This document shows, in pieces, positions 26,201 through 40,160 of a stretch of 64,000 nucleotides of DNA. Every line of letters begins with the position of its first letter. Positions within the stretch are counted from its first letter, which is position 1. The notes under the pieces are model-generated. The model was not told where the DNA came from and made no database searches. It worked only from the letters and a program-made list of their open reading frames with translations. Made by a program: the position numbers and the translations under genes. This DNA is from the human T2T-CHM13v2.0 reference genome, Homo sapiens, in NCBI RefSeq assembly GCF_009914755.1, contig NC_060937.1; one strand, 5' to 3'.

Positions 26201-28800
26201 CAATGGATTGGAATGGATTGGAAAGCAATGGAGTGTAGAGGTGTGGAGTGGAATGGAATGGAAAGGAGTGAAGTGGAGTAGAACGGAATGGAATACAATG
26301 GAGTTGAATAGAATGGAAAGGAAAGTAGTGGAATGGAACGGAGGGGAGTGGAATGGAATGGAGTGGAGTGGAATGGAGTGGAGTGCATTGTAGTGGAATG
26401 GAATGGAACGGAGTGGAATGGAATGGAATGGAATAAAGTGGAGTGGAATGGAAAGAAACGGAGTGTAGTGGAATGGAATGCAATGGAGTGGAATTGAATG
26501 GAATGCAATAAAGTGGAGTGGAATGGAAAGAAATGGAGTGGAGTGGAATGGAATAGACAGGAACAGGGTGTTATGGAGTGAAGAGAAGTGTAGTTGAGGG
26601 GAATGGAATGGAGTGGAATTGACTGGAAGGGAATGTAGTGGAGTGGAGTGGAGTGCTGTGGAGTGGAATGGAATGCAGTGGAGTAGAATGGATTTTAGTG
26701 GAATAGAGTGTAGTGGAATAGAATGCAATGGGTTGGAATAGAATGTAGTGGAGTGGAATGGAGTGGATAGGAATGGAGTGGAGTGGAATGGATTGAAGTA
26801 GAATGGAATGGATTGAATGTAACGGATTGGAATGGAATGGAATGGAATGGAGTGGAGTAGAATGGATTTTAGTGGAATAGAGTGTAGTGGAATAGAATGC
26901 AATGGGTTGGAATAGAATGTAGTGGAGTGGAGTGGAGTGGATAGGAATGGAGTGGAGTGGAATGGATTGAAGTGGAATGGAATCGATTGAATGTAACGGA
27001 GTGGAATGGAATGGAATGGAGAGGAGTAGAATGGAATGGATTAGAATGGTGTGGAAAGGAACGGAGTGGAGTGGAAAAGAGTGGAGTGGAGTGGAATGGA
27101 GAGGAGTGGAACGGATTGGAGTGGAGTGGACACGAATGGAGTGGAGTGGAGAGCAGTGAAGTAGAGTGGAATGGAATGGAGTGGAGCGGACTGGAATGGA
27201 ATGGAATGGGATGGAGTGGAGTGGAATGGTATGGGATGGAACTGATTGGAAAGGAGTGGTGTAGAATGGAATGGGATAGAATGGATTGCAGTGGAGTGGA
27301 GTGGAGTGGAACGCAATGGAGTGAAATGGATTGGAATGGAATGGAGTGGAGTGGAGTGGAAAGGAATGGATTGGAATTGAGTGGAGTGCAATGGAGTGGA
27401 GTGGAATGGATTGGAGTGGAATGGAGTTGTGTGGATTGGAATGGAGTGGAATGGAATGGAGTGGAGTCGAGTGGATTGGTTTGGAATGGAATGGAATGGA
27501 ATGGAATGGAATGGAGTGGAGTGGAGTAGAGCAGAAGGGAATGAAATTGAATGGATTTAACGGAAAGGAGTGGAATGGAATGGGATAGAGTGCAGTCGTA
27601 TGGAATGGAATGGAGGGGAACGGATTGGAAAGGAATGGATTGTAGTGGAGTGGAGTGTAACGGAATTAAATGGAGTGCAGTTAAGTTGAAAAAAATGGAA
27701 TGGAATGGAGTTTAATGTAATGGAATGATATGGAGTGGAATGGAAAGGAATGGAGTGGAATGGAATGGAGTGGAGTGGAAAGGAAAGCAGTGGAGTGGAA
27801 TGGATTGGAGTGGAGTGGAATGGAATCTAATGGAATGGAGTTGAATGAAACGGAGTGGAATGGATTTGTATGGAGTGGAGTGGAAGTGAATGGAATGCAA
27901 CGGGGTGGAATGGATTGGAATTGAACGGAGTGAAATGGAATGGAGTGCAGTGGAATGGAATGAAGTCGAATGGAATGTAATGGAATGGATTAGGAATGGA
28001 ATGGATTAGATTGGAATGGAATGGAGTTGAGTGGAATTGATTGCAGTGGAATGGAGTGGAGTGGAATGGAATGTGGTCGATTTCAGTAGAGTGGAGTGGA
28101 GTGGACTGGAGTTCAATGAAGTCGAGTGGCGTGGAGTGGAATGGAATGGAGTGTGGTGGAATGGAATGGAGTGGAGTGGAAGTGAAGGGAGTGGAATGGA
28201 ATGGAATGGAATAAAGTGGAGTACAGTGGATTGGAGTGGAATGGAGTGGAGTGGAGTGGAATGGAATGAAATGGAGTGGAATGGAATGGAATTGAATGGA
28301 GTGGAACGGAAAGGAATGGAGTGGAATGGAATGGAGTGGTGTCGAATGGAAAACAATGGAGTGGAATGCATTGGAAAGCAATGGAGTGTAGTGGTGTAGA
28401 GTGGAACCGAATGGAAAGGAGTGATGTCGAGTGGAATGGAAGGGAACGAAATGGAGTTGAATGGAATGGAATGGAGTGGAGTGGAATGGAATGGAATGGA
28501 GTGCAATGCAATGTACTGGAGTGGAATCAAGTGGAATGAAGTGGAATTGTGTAGAGAGAAGTTGAATCTAGTGGAGAGGAGTGGAATGGAATGAAGTGGA
28601 GTGGGGTGGAATGGAATGGAGATGAGTCGAATGGTTTTGAGTGGAATGTAGTGTAGTGGTGTGGAGTGGAAGGGAATGTACTGTAGTGGAGTACAGTAGA
28701 GTGAAGTGGAATGGAATGGAGTGGATTTTAGCAGAGTGGAGTCATGTGGAGCGGAGTGTAATGGAGTGGAGTGGCGTGCAGAGGAGAGGAGCATAACGGA
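23230..28800 (+). repeat. ~2.25-2.43 kb higher-order repeat, about 2.5 copies
   Basis: GAATGAAGTCGAATGG at ~23283, 25531, 27958; TCGATTTCAG at 23386, 25650, 28077; GGAAAGCAA at ~23971, 26220, 28373; AAGTTGAAAAAAATGG at ~25276 and ~27683; ATAGACAGGA at ~24339 and ~26553. Confidence 0.88.
26680..27010 (+). repeat. 174-bp tandem duplication nested in the 2.3-kb repeat
   Basis: GATTTTAGTGGAATAGAGTGTAGTGGAATAGAATGCAATGGGTTGGAATAGAATGTAGTGG at 26691 and 26865. Confidence 0.88.
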
Positions 28801-31800
28801 ATGGAGTGGAATGGGGTGGAAATTAGTGGAGTGGAATACAATGGAGTGGAACTGAATGGAATGGAATCGAGTGTAGTGCAATGGAGACGAGTGGAAGGAA
28901 GTGGAGTGGAGTGGAATGGAATGAAATGGAATGGAAAGGAATGGAATGGAATGGAGTGGAATGGAGTCTAATGGAGTGGAATGGAATGGAATGGATTGGA
29001 ATGGATTGGAGTGGAGTGTACTGGAGTAGAGTGGAGTGGAATGGAGTGGAATAGAACGGAATGGAGTGGAGTAGAGAAGAGTGTACTGGAGTGGATTGGA
29101 ATGGGGTGGAATGGAATGGAGTGAAGTGGAATGGAATGGAATGGACTGCATTGGAACGAAGTGGAATGGATTCGAATGGAGTAGAGTGGAATGGAGTCGA
29201 GTGGAATGGAGTGGAATGGAATGGAGTGTATTGGAGAGGAATAGATTTTAGTGGAATGGAATGGAATGGAATGGAATGGAATGGACTGAAGGGGAATGGA
29301 GTGGATTGTAGTGGAATGTAGTGGTGTGGAATGGAGTGGAGTGGAGAGGAATGGAATGGAATTGAGTGTAGTGGAATGGAGTGGAGAGGAGTGGAATAGA
29401 GTGTGGTGGAATGGCGTGGAGTGGAATGGAATAAAGAGGAGTTGAGTGAAATGGAGTGGATTGTGTTGGAATGGAGTGGAAAGAAATGGAGTAGAGTGGA
29501 CTGGAATGGAATGCAGTCGAGTGGAATAGAATGGAATGAAGTGGAATGCACTGGAGTGGAGTGGTGTGGAATGGAACGGAGTGGAGTGGTGTGGAGTGTA
29601 GTGGAGAGGAAGGGAATGGATTGGAGTAGAGTGGAATGAAATGAAATAGAATGGAGTGGAATGGAATGGAATGGAAAAGAATACAATGGAATGGAGTGGA
29701 GTGTAGTTGAGTAGAGTGGAGTGGACAGAAATGGAATGGAGTGGAATGGAGAGCAGTGTAATTGAATGGAGAGGAGTGGAATGGAATTGAGTGGAATTGT
29801 ACGGAATTCACTGAAGTGGAGTGGCATTGGGTGGAGTGGAATGGAGTGGAGTGGAGTGGAATGGGGTGGAATGGAATGCAGTGGAGTGCAATGGAATTGA
29901 AAGGAATGGAATGCAATGGAATGGATTGGTGTGAAATGGAATGAAGTGGAGTAAAACGGAGTGGACTGGAGTGGAGTGGAGTATAACAGAAAGGACTGGA
30001 GTGGAGTGGACTGAAGTAGAGTGGAGCAGAGTGGAATGGAATGGGGTAGAATGGAGTGGAATGGAATGGAATGGAGTGAAATGAAATGGGATGGAGTGGA
30101 ATGGAATGGAATGGAGTGAAATGTAATGGGATGGAGTGGAATGGAATGGAGTTGAGAGGAATGGATTGGAGCGGCGTGTAATAGTGTGGAAAGGAGTGGA
30201 ACGGAATGCAGTAGAGTAGAATGGATTTGACTGGAGTGGAGTGGAATGGATTTGATTGGACTGGATTGGATACGACTGGAGTGGAATGGAGTCGAGTGGA
30301 GTAGAGTGGAGTGGAGTGGAATGGAGTGTACTGGAAAGGAGAGTAGTGGAATGGAATGGGGTGGAATGGAATGCAGTGGAATGGAGTGGAATGGAGTGGA
30401 GTGGAGAGGAATGGAGAGTTGTGTAATGGATTGGAGTGTAATGGAATAGAATGGAGTGGAATGGAATGGAGGGGAAAGGAATGGAATGCAGTGGAGTGGA
30501 ATGGAATGTAGTGGAATGGAGTGGAGTGGAGAGGAATGGAGTGGCGTGGAGTGAAATGGAGGGGAGTGGAGTGGAGTGGATTGGAATAGAGAAGAGCGGA
30601 ATGGAATGGAGTGTAAGGGAATGCACTGCAAAGGACTGGACTGGAAAGGAATTAAATGAATTTTAAAGGAATGCAACGGAATAGAATGGAGTGGAGAGGA
30701 ATGGAATGGAGCAGAATGGAGTGGAGTCTAATGGAATGGAATGGAGTGGAGGGGAAAATATAGAATGGAAAGTTGTGGAGTGGAATGGAATGGAGTGGAG
30801 TGGAACGGAGTGGAGTGGAGTGGAGGAGAACTGAATTGAGTGGAGTGAAATAGAATGAAATGGAATGGAGTGGAATGGAATGGAATACAATGGAATGGAG
30901 TGGAGTGGAGTGGAGTGGAGAGGAATGGAATGGAGTAGAATGGAGAGCCATGGAATGGAATGCAGTGGAGTGGAATGGAATGGAATGGAATGGAGTGGAA
31001 TGGATTGGAGTGTATTGGAGTGGAATAGAGTGGAGTGGAAAGGAGTGGAGTGAAATGGAGTGGAGCAGAATTGAATGGAGTGTAATGGAATGACATGGAA
31101 TGGAATGGAATGGAATGGAGTTGAGTAGAATGGAATAGACTGGAATGAAATGGAGAGGATTGGGGTTGAGTAGAGTGGAATGAAATGTAGTGTACAGGAG
31201 TGGAATGGAGTTGAGTGGAGTGGAATAGAGTGGAATGGAATGGAGTGGAGTGGAATGGAGTGCAATGGAATGGAATGGAATAGACTGGAATGGAAAGGAA
31301 TGGAATGGAGTGGAATGGAATGGAGTGGTGTGGAATGGAATAGAGAGGAATGGAATGATGTGGAATGGATTAGAGTGGAGTGGATTGGAGTGGAATGAAG
31401 TGGAGTGGATTGGAGTTGAATGGAGTTGAGTGAATTTGGGTGGAGTGGAGAGAAATCGAAAGTAGTGGAGTGGAATGTAATGGATTAGAGTTGAGTGGAG
31501 TGGAATGGAATGGAGTGGAGTGAGATAGAGAGGAGTGGAGTGGAACGGAATGGAGTGGAATGGAATGGAATAGAATAGAGTGGACTGGAATGGAATGGAG
31601 TCGAGTGGAGTGGAATGGAATGGAATTGAATGGAGTGGAACGGAATGGAGTGAATTGGAATGGAGCAGAGTGAAGTGGAACAGAGTGTAGTGGAGTGTAA
31701 TGAAGTGGAATGGAATAGAGGGGAGTGGAATGGAACGGAATGCAAGGGAAGGGAATGGAAGGGAGTGGAATGGAGAGGAATGGATTGGAATAGAGTGGAC

Positions 31801-34800
31801 AGGAATGGAATGGAGTGAAAAGGAATGGAATGTAATGGAGCGGAGTGGAATAGAGTGGAGAGGAATTGAGTGGAGAACAGTGGTGCACAGAAGGTTGGAG
31901 TGGAATGGAGAGAATTGAATGGAATGGAATGGAATGGAATACAATGGCAAAGAATGGAATGGAATCGAGTGTAGTGCAGTGGAGTAGAGTGGACTGGAAT
32001 GGAATGGAGTGGAATGGAGTGGTAAGTAGTGGAATTGAATGGAATGGATTGGAGTGGAATGGAAGGGAGTGGAGAGGAGTGCAATTGAGTGGAGTGGAGT
32101 GTAGTGGTGTTTAATGGAATAGAAAGGAATGTACTGGAATGGAAGAAAGTGGAATGGAGTGGAGTGGAGTTGAAAGGACTGGACTAGAGAGTAATGGAAT
32201 GGATAGGAATGGAAAGGAATGAAATGCAGAATAGTGTAATGGAATGGAAAGAAATGGAATGGAACGGAATGGTGTGGAGTGCAGTAGAATAGAATGATAT
32301 GCAGTGGAGTGGATTGGAAAGGAGTGGAGTAGAAAGGAATGGAGGGGAACAGAAAGCAGTGGAGTGGAATGGTGTGGAATGGAATGGAGTGGAATCGAGT
32401 CGAGTGGTTTGGAATCATTTGGAATGGAACGGAAAGTAGTGGAGTAGAATGGGGGGGAATGGAATCGAACAGAGTGCCGCGCAATGGAATGGAATGGAAT
32501 GGAGGGGAGTAGAATGGAATGGAATAGAATGGAATGGATTGGAATAGAGTGGAAAGGAATGGAATGGAATGGAGTGGAGTTGAGTGGAATGCAATGGAGT
32601 GGAGTGGAGTGGAGTAAAGTGGATTGGAGTAGAATGTAATGGTGTGGAATGCAGTGGAATGGAGAGGAGTGGAACGGAATGGAGTGGAGTGGAATAAAAT
32701 GGAGTCGAATGGAATAGAATGGAATGGTTTGGAGTGGAATGGAATGGAGTGGAGGGGAATTGAATGGAGTGGAGTGGAATGGAGTGGAATGGAATGGAGT
32801 GGCATGGAATGGATTGGAATGGAGTGGAATGTAATGGAGTGGAATGGAATGGAGTGGAGTGGAATGTAATGGAGAAGAATGAAATGGAATGGAACAGAGT
32901 GGAATGGAATGGAGTGTAGTGGAGTGGAGTGGAGTGGAATGGAATGGAATGAAATGGAGCGCAGTGGTCTGAAATTTAGTGGTGTGGAGTGGAGTGGAGT
33001 GGAATGGAATGGAGTGGAATGGAGTGAAAAGAATGGAGTGGAATGGAATGGAGTGGAGTGCAATGGAACTGAGTGAAATGAAATGGAAAGGAATGGAGTG
33101 GAGTTGAATGGAGTGGAGTGTAATGGAGTGGAGTGTAGTGGAATGGAATGGTATAGAGTGAACTGAAATGGAGTGTAGTGGAATGGAATGGAGTGGAATG
33201 GAATGGAACGGAGTGGAGTGGAGGGGAAATGAGTGGAGTTCAGTGGAATGAAGTGGAGTTCAGTGGAATGAAGTGGAGTTCAGTGGAATGGAATGGAATA
33301 GAATGGACTGGAGTGGAGTGGAAAGGAATGGAACGGAATGAAATTGAATGGAGTGTAGTGGAGTGAGGTCGATTGGAGTGGAACGGAGTGGAGTGGAGTG
33401 GAATGTATTGGAGTGGAATAGAATGGTGTGGAATTGATTGGAATGGAATAGAATTGAATGCAATGGAGTGGAAAGCTATGTAATGAAATGGAGTTGAATG
33501 GAATGGAGTGTAGTGGAATGGAGTGGAGTGGAGTGGAATGGATTGGAGAGAAGTGTAATGGTGTGGAATGGAAGGGAACACAGTGGATTGTAGTGGAGTG
33601 CATTGGAGTGGAGGGGTGTGGAAACGAATGGGATGGTATGGAATGGAGTGGAGTGGAGTGAAATGGAAAGTAATGGAAAAGAATGGAATGGAATGGAGTG
33701 GACTGGTGTGCAGTGGATTGGTGCGGACTGTAGTGGAGTGGGGAGCAATGGACTGAAGAGTAATAGAATGGAATTGAGTGGAATGGAATTCAAAGGAATT
33801 GAATGGAATGGAGAGTAGTCCAATGGAGTGGATTGGAATTTAGAGGAGTAGAATGAAGAGGAGTGGAATGGAGTGGAGTGGAATGCAGTGGACTGGAGGG
33901 TAATGGGGTGGAGTGGAATGGAATGGCATGCAATGGGGTTTAATGGAATGGAATGGGATGTGTTGGAGTGGAATCGAGAGGAATGGAGTGGATTGGAATG
34001 GAGTGGAATGGAGTTTAGTGGAGTGGAGTCAAACGGAGTCTAGTGGAGTGGATGGCTGGGGAGTGTAGTGGAATTAAATGGTGTGGAGTGGAATGGAATA
34101 GAATGGAATGGGATGGAATGGAGGGCAGTGGAGTGGTGTCAAATGGAACGGAATTTAATGGAATGGAACGGAGACGATTGGAGTGGAGAAGAGTGGAATG
34201 GATTGGAATGGAGTGGAGTAGATTGATCTGGAATGGCGTGCAATGGAATGGAGTGGAATGTCATGAAATGGAGTGGAGTGGAATGGAGTGGAGTGGATAG
34301 GAGTGGAATGGAATGGAGTGGAAATGATTGGAGAGGATTGGTATGTAGTGGAGTAGAATGAAATGGAATTGAATGGAATAGAGTGGAACAGACCAGAATG
34401 GAATGAAGTGGAATGGAAGGCAGTGGAGTGGAATGGAATGGAATAGAATGGAAAGGAATGGAGTGGAGTTGAATGGAATGGAATGGAGTGGAGTGGAGTG
34501 GAATGAAATGGATTGGAATGGGGTCAAATGGAGTGGAGAGAAATGGAATGTTGCGGAGTGGAAAGGAATGGAGTAAAGATGAATGGAATCCAGGAGAGTG
34601 GAAAGGAATGGAGTTTCATGGAATGGATTGGAATGGAGCGGAAAGGAATGGAGTAGTGTGAAATGGAATGGAATAGAATGGAATGGAATGGAATGGAATG
34701 GAATGGAATAGCATGGAATGGAATGGAATGGAATTGAGTGGAGTGGAAGGGAATGGAATGGAATGCAATGGAATGGAATGGAATGGAATGGATGGAGTGG

Positions 34801-35699
34801 AACTGAATGGAGAGGAGAAGAATGGAATGGAATGCAATTGAGTGAAATAGAGTGGAATGGATTGGAAAGGATTGGAATGGAGTGGAGTTGAATGGCATGG
34901 ATTGGAATGTAATGGAATGGACTGGATTGGAATGGAGAGAAGTGGAATGGAGGGGACTGGATTAGAATGGAATAGAGTGGAATGGAATGGAATGGAAAGG
35001 AGAGGAGTGGAATGGAGTAGAGTAGAGTGGAATGGAGTGGAGTGGAATTTAATGGAGTGGAGTGGAATTTAATGGAGTGGACTGGAGTGGAGTGGAGTGG
35101 AATATAATGGAACGGAGTGGAGTGGAGTGCAGTATGGTGCAGTTGAGTGGAATGGAGAGGAGTGGAATGGAATGGAATGGAGTGGAATGGAGTGGAATAG
35201 AGTGGAATCGAGTGGAATGAAATGGAGACGATTGGAGTGGATTGGATTGGAGTGGATTAGAATAGAATGGAATGGAGTGTAATGGAATGGAATGGAATGG
35301 AACGGAATAGAATGGAATGGAATGGAATAGAAGGGAATGGAAGTTGAGTGGAGTGGTGTGGGGTGGAGGCAATTGGACTGGGGTGGAATGGAATGGAATG
35401 AAATGGACTGGAATTGAATGTAGAGGAGTGGAATGTAAAGGAGTGGAGTGGAATAGAATGGATTGAAGTGCAATAAAACGGAATGGAGTGGAATGGAGTG
35501 GAATGGAGTGGATTGTAGTGGAATGGAGTGGAGTGGAGTGGAGTGGAAAGGAATAGACAGGAGTTGAATGGAATGGAGAGGAATGGAGGGGAATGAAATG
35601 GAGAGGAGTGGAATGCAATGGAATGGAGTGAAATGGAATGAAATGGAATGGAGTGGAATGGAATGGACTGGAGTGGAATGGAATCTGGTGGAGAGGAAA

Positions 35700-38330
35700 G
35701 GAATGGCGTAGACTGCAATACAATGGAATGGAGTGGAATGGAGTGGACTTTAGTAGAATGGAGGGGAGTTGAATGGAATGGAGTGGAGTGTAATGGAGTA
35801 GAAAGGAAAGGACGGTTGGGGAATGGTATGGAGTGGAATGGAATGGAATGAAATGGAGAGTAGTGGAATGGAAAGGAATGAAATGAAATGGAATGGAATA
35901 GAATGGAATGGAATGGAATGGAATGGAATGGAATGGAATGGAGTGGAGTGGAGTGGATTTGAATGTAATGGCGTGGAGTGGTTAGGAATGGAGTGGTGTA
36001 GAGTAGAATGGAGTGGAATAGAATGGAGTGGAAAGGAATGGAGAGGAAGAGAATGGAGTGAAATGGAGGGGAGGGGTTTGGAATCGATTGGAATGGAATG
36101 TAACATAGTTGAGAAGAATTGAAGGGAAAGGAATGGAACGTAATTGAGTATAATTGACGGGAATGGAATGGCAAAAGTGGAGTGCAAGGGAGTGGAAAGG
36201 AATGAAGTGGAGTGGAATGGAATAGAATGGAGTTGAATGGAATGGAATGGAATACAATGGAATACAATGGAGTGGAGTGGAGTGGAATTGAATGGAGTGG
36301 AGTGGATTAGAGTGGATTGGAGTGGAGTGGAGTGTAGTGGAATGGATTGGAATGGAGTGGAATGGAGTGGAGTGGAAAGGAATGGAGTGGAGTGGAATGG
36401 AATGGAGTCGTATGGAATGGAATGGATTGTAGTGAAGTGGAATGAAATGGAGTGGAGTGGAATGGAAGGGAATAGCGTGGAATGGAATGGAATTGCATGG
36501 AATGGAATGGATTGGATTAGAAAGGGATGGCGTGGAGTAGAATGCAATGGAATAGAGAGAAATGTATTGGAATGGAGTGGAATGGAATGGAGTGGAGTGG
36601 AGTGCAATGGAATGGAAAGGAATGGAATGGAGTGGAGTGGAATGGAGTCAGTTGGAAAGGAGTGGAGTGGAATGGAATGGAATGGAGAGTAATGGAGTGG
36701 AGCGCAATGGAGTAGAGTGGAGTGGAATGGAATGGATTGGAGGGAAATGGAGTGGGATGGAATGGAGTGTACTGGAATGGAGTGAAGTGGAATGGAATGG
36801 AGTGGAGTGGAGTGGAAATGAATGGAGTGGAGTGGAATGGAGTGGAGTTGAGTGGAATGGAATGGAATGGAGTGGAGAGGAGTGGAATGGAATAGAATGG
36901 AATGGAATGGAGTGGACGGGAGTGGTGTCGATTGGGTTGGAACGGAGTGGAGTGGAGTTGTATTTAGTGAAGTGGAGTCTAATGGAGTGCAGTTGAGTGG
37001 AATGGAATGGAATGGAATGGAATAGAAATGAATGTACTGGAGTGGAAAGTTATGGAATGGAAAGGAGATGAATGGAACGGAGTGCAGTGGAATAGAGTGG
37101 AGTGGAGAGGAAAGGAATGGCATGGAGTGCAATAGAATGGAATGGAGTGGAATGGAGTGGAGTTCAGTGGAATGGAGTGGAGTTGAATGGAATGGAGTGG
37201 AGTGTAATGGAGTGGAAAGGTATGGACTGTAGTGGAATGGTATGGAGTGGAATAGAATGGAATGAAATTTAGAGTATTGGAATGGAATGGAATGAAATGG
37301 AAAGGAGTAGAATGGAATGGAATGGATTGGATTGGAGTGCAGTGCATTAGAATGTAATGGCGTGGTGTGGGTTGGAATGGAGTCGTGTGGAATAGAATGG
37401 AGGGGAATGGAATGGAGTAGAGTGGAATGGAGAGGAATGGAATGGAGTGGAATGGAGGGGAGGGTTTGTAATCTATTGGAATGGAATGTAATTTAATTGA
37501 GTAGAATTGAGGGGAAAGGAATGGAAGGTAGCTGAGTAGAATTGAGGGGAATGGAATGGAACAAAGTGGAGTGCAAAGGAATGGAAAGGAATGGAGTGGA
37601 GTGCAATGGAATGGAATGGAATGGAATGGAATGGAATGGAATGGAATGGAATGGAATGGCATGGAATGGAATGGAGTGGAATGGAATGGAATGGAGTGGA
37701 ATGGAATGGAATGGAGTGGAATGGAATGGAGTGGAATGGAATTAAATGGAATGGAGTGGAATGGAAAGGAATGGAATGGAGTGCAATGGAGTGGAGTGGA
37801 GAGGAGTGGAGTGGAGTGGAATGGAGTGGAGGGGGTTGGAGTGTACTGGAATGGAGTAGAGTGGAATGGAATGAAGTGGAATGCAACGGAATGAAGTGGA
37901 GTGGAGTGGAAATGAATGGAGCGGAGTGGAATAGAGGGGAGTTGAGTGGAATGGAATGGAGTGGAGTGGAGTGGAGTGGAATGGAAAGGAATGGAAAGGA
38001 ATGGAATGGAATGGAGAGGAGTGGTGTCGATTGGGGTGGAAGGGAGTGGAGTGGGGTGGAATTTAGTGAAGCCGAGTCGAATGGAGTGTATTTCAGTGGA
38101 ATGCAATGGAATGGAGTGGAGTGGAATGGAGTGGAGTTGAGTGGAATGGAATGGAATGCAGTGGAGTGGAGTGGAATGGAATGGAATGGAATGGAATCGA
38201 GTGGAGAGGAGTGGAATGGAATGGAAAGGAATGGAGAGGAGTGGTGTCGATTGTGGTGAAACGGAGTGTAGTGGAGTGGAATTTAGTGAAGCAGATTCGA
38301 ATGGAGTACAGTTGAGTGGAATGGAATGGA
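35700..38330 (+). repeat. Diverged ~1.3-1.4 kb duplication with a nested 220-bp duplication
   Basis: GGTTTG.AATC.ATTGGAATGGAATGTAA...AGAATTGA.GGGAAAGG at ~36074 and ~37463; GTGGTGTCGATTG...TTTAGTGAAG at ~36921, ~38021 and ~38241. Confidence 0.75.
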
Positions 38331-40020
38331 ATACAAATGAGTGCATTGCAGTGGAAAGATACGGAATGGAATGGAGTTGAATGGAATGGAGTGCAGTGGA
38401 GTGAAATCGAGTGGATTGGAATTTATTGAAGTGGAGTGGAGTGGAGTGGAATGGAATGGAATGGAACATATTGGAGTGGAGTGCAGTGGAGTGAAGGGGA
38501 GTATGGAATGGAAGGGAATGGTTTGGAGTGGAATGGAGGGGAATGAAATGGAGTTGAATGGAGTGGAGTGGTTTGGTATGTAGTGGTGAGGAATGCAATG
38601 CAGTGGAATGGAATGGAGTGGAACGGAACGGAATGGAATGTAGAGGAATGGAATGGAGTGCAATGGAATGGAATACAATGGAAAGGAATGGAGTGTTGTA
38701 GAATGGAATGGAATGGAATGGATGGGAGTGGAGTGGAGTAGAATGGAATGGAGTGGAATGGAGTGAAATGGGGAGGAGAGGAATGGAATGGTCTGGAATG
38801 GAATGGAATGGAGTAGAAATGAATGGAATGCAGAGGAGTGGAATGGAATGGAGTGGCATGGGACGGATTGGAATGGAGTGGAAAAGAATGGATTGGTATG
38901 GAATGGAATGGAATGAAATGGAATTGAATGGAATGGAATTGAGTGGAGTGGAGGGGAATGGAATGGAAAGGAATGGAATGCAGTGGAGAGAAGAAGAATG
39001 GAATAGCATGGAATGGAGTGAAATATAGTGGAATGGAGTCGAAAGTAATGGAATGGAGTGGAGTAGAATGGAATGGATTTGAAAAGAATGGAATGGAGTG
39101 GACTGGAAAGGAGAGAAGTGGTATGGAGTGGAGTGGAGTAGAGTGGAGTGGAGTAGAATGGAATGGAGTGGAATGGAATGGAATGCAAAGGAGTGGAGTG
39201 GAATGGAGTGGAGTGGAATGGAGATTAGTGAAATTGAATGGAGTGGAGTGGAGGAGAATGGAGTGGACTGGAGTGGAGTGGAGTGGAATATAATGAAATG
39301 GAATGGAGTGGAGGGCAGTATAGTAGAGTGGAGTGGAATGGAATGGAATAGAGTGGAGTGGAATGGAGTGGAATGCAGTGGAGTGGAGTGGAATGAAATG
39401 GAATGGAGTGCAGTGGAATAGAATGCAACGGAGTGTAATGGAATGGAATGGAGTGATGTGGAGTGGAGTAGGGTGTACTTGAGAGTAATGGTTTCATGTG
39501 GTATGGAATGGTATGGAATGGAGGGGAAACGAATGGAGTGGAGTGGAATGGAATGGAGTGGAGTGCAATAAAATGGAATAGAGTGGAAAAATATGAATGG
39601 AGTGGAATGGAGTGGATTGTAGTGGAGTGGATTGTGGTGGAGTTGAATGGAAATGAATAGACTGGAGTACAATGGAATGAAGTGCAATGGAAGGGAATGA
39701 AATGGAGTGGAGTGGAATGCTATGGAATGGAATGGAATGGGTTGGAATGGAATGAAATGTAGTGCATTGGAATGGAGTGGAGTGGAATGGAATGGAGTGG
39801 AGAGGAAAGAAATGGAATAGAGAGCAATAGAATGGAATGGAGATGGAATGGAGAGGAGTGGAGTGGAATGGAGTGGAGTGGAGTGGAATGGAGTGGAGTT
39901 GAGTGGAATGGAATGGAATGGAACAGAGTGGAGTGGAGTGAAGTGGACTGGCGTGGAATGGAATGGAATGGAATGGAGTGGAATGGAAAGGAGTGTGGTG
40001 GAAAGAAGTGGAATAGACAG

Positions 40021-40160
40021 GAATGGGATGGAGTGTATTGGAGTGGAGTGGAGTGGAATGTAATGGAGTGTAATGGAGTGGAGTGGAGTGGAATGGGATG
40101 GAGTGTATTGGAGTGGAGTGGAGTGGAATGTAATGGAGTGTAATGGAGTGGAGTGGAGTG
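40021..40160 (+). repeat. Perfect 70-bp tandem duplication
   Basis: 40021-40090 and 40091-40160 read identically (GAATGGGATGGAGTGTATTGG...). Confidence 0.9.

Noticed and set aside
20700-32100. Possible ~10.7-kb long-range similarity (markers near 21010/31677 and 21140/31900)
   Set aside because: Only a few short markers in low-complexity sequence; cannot be distinguished from chance without an alignment.
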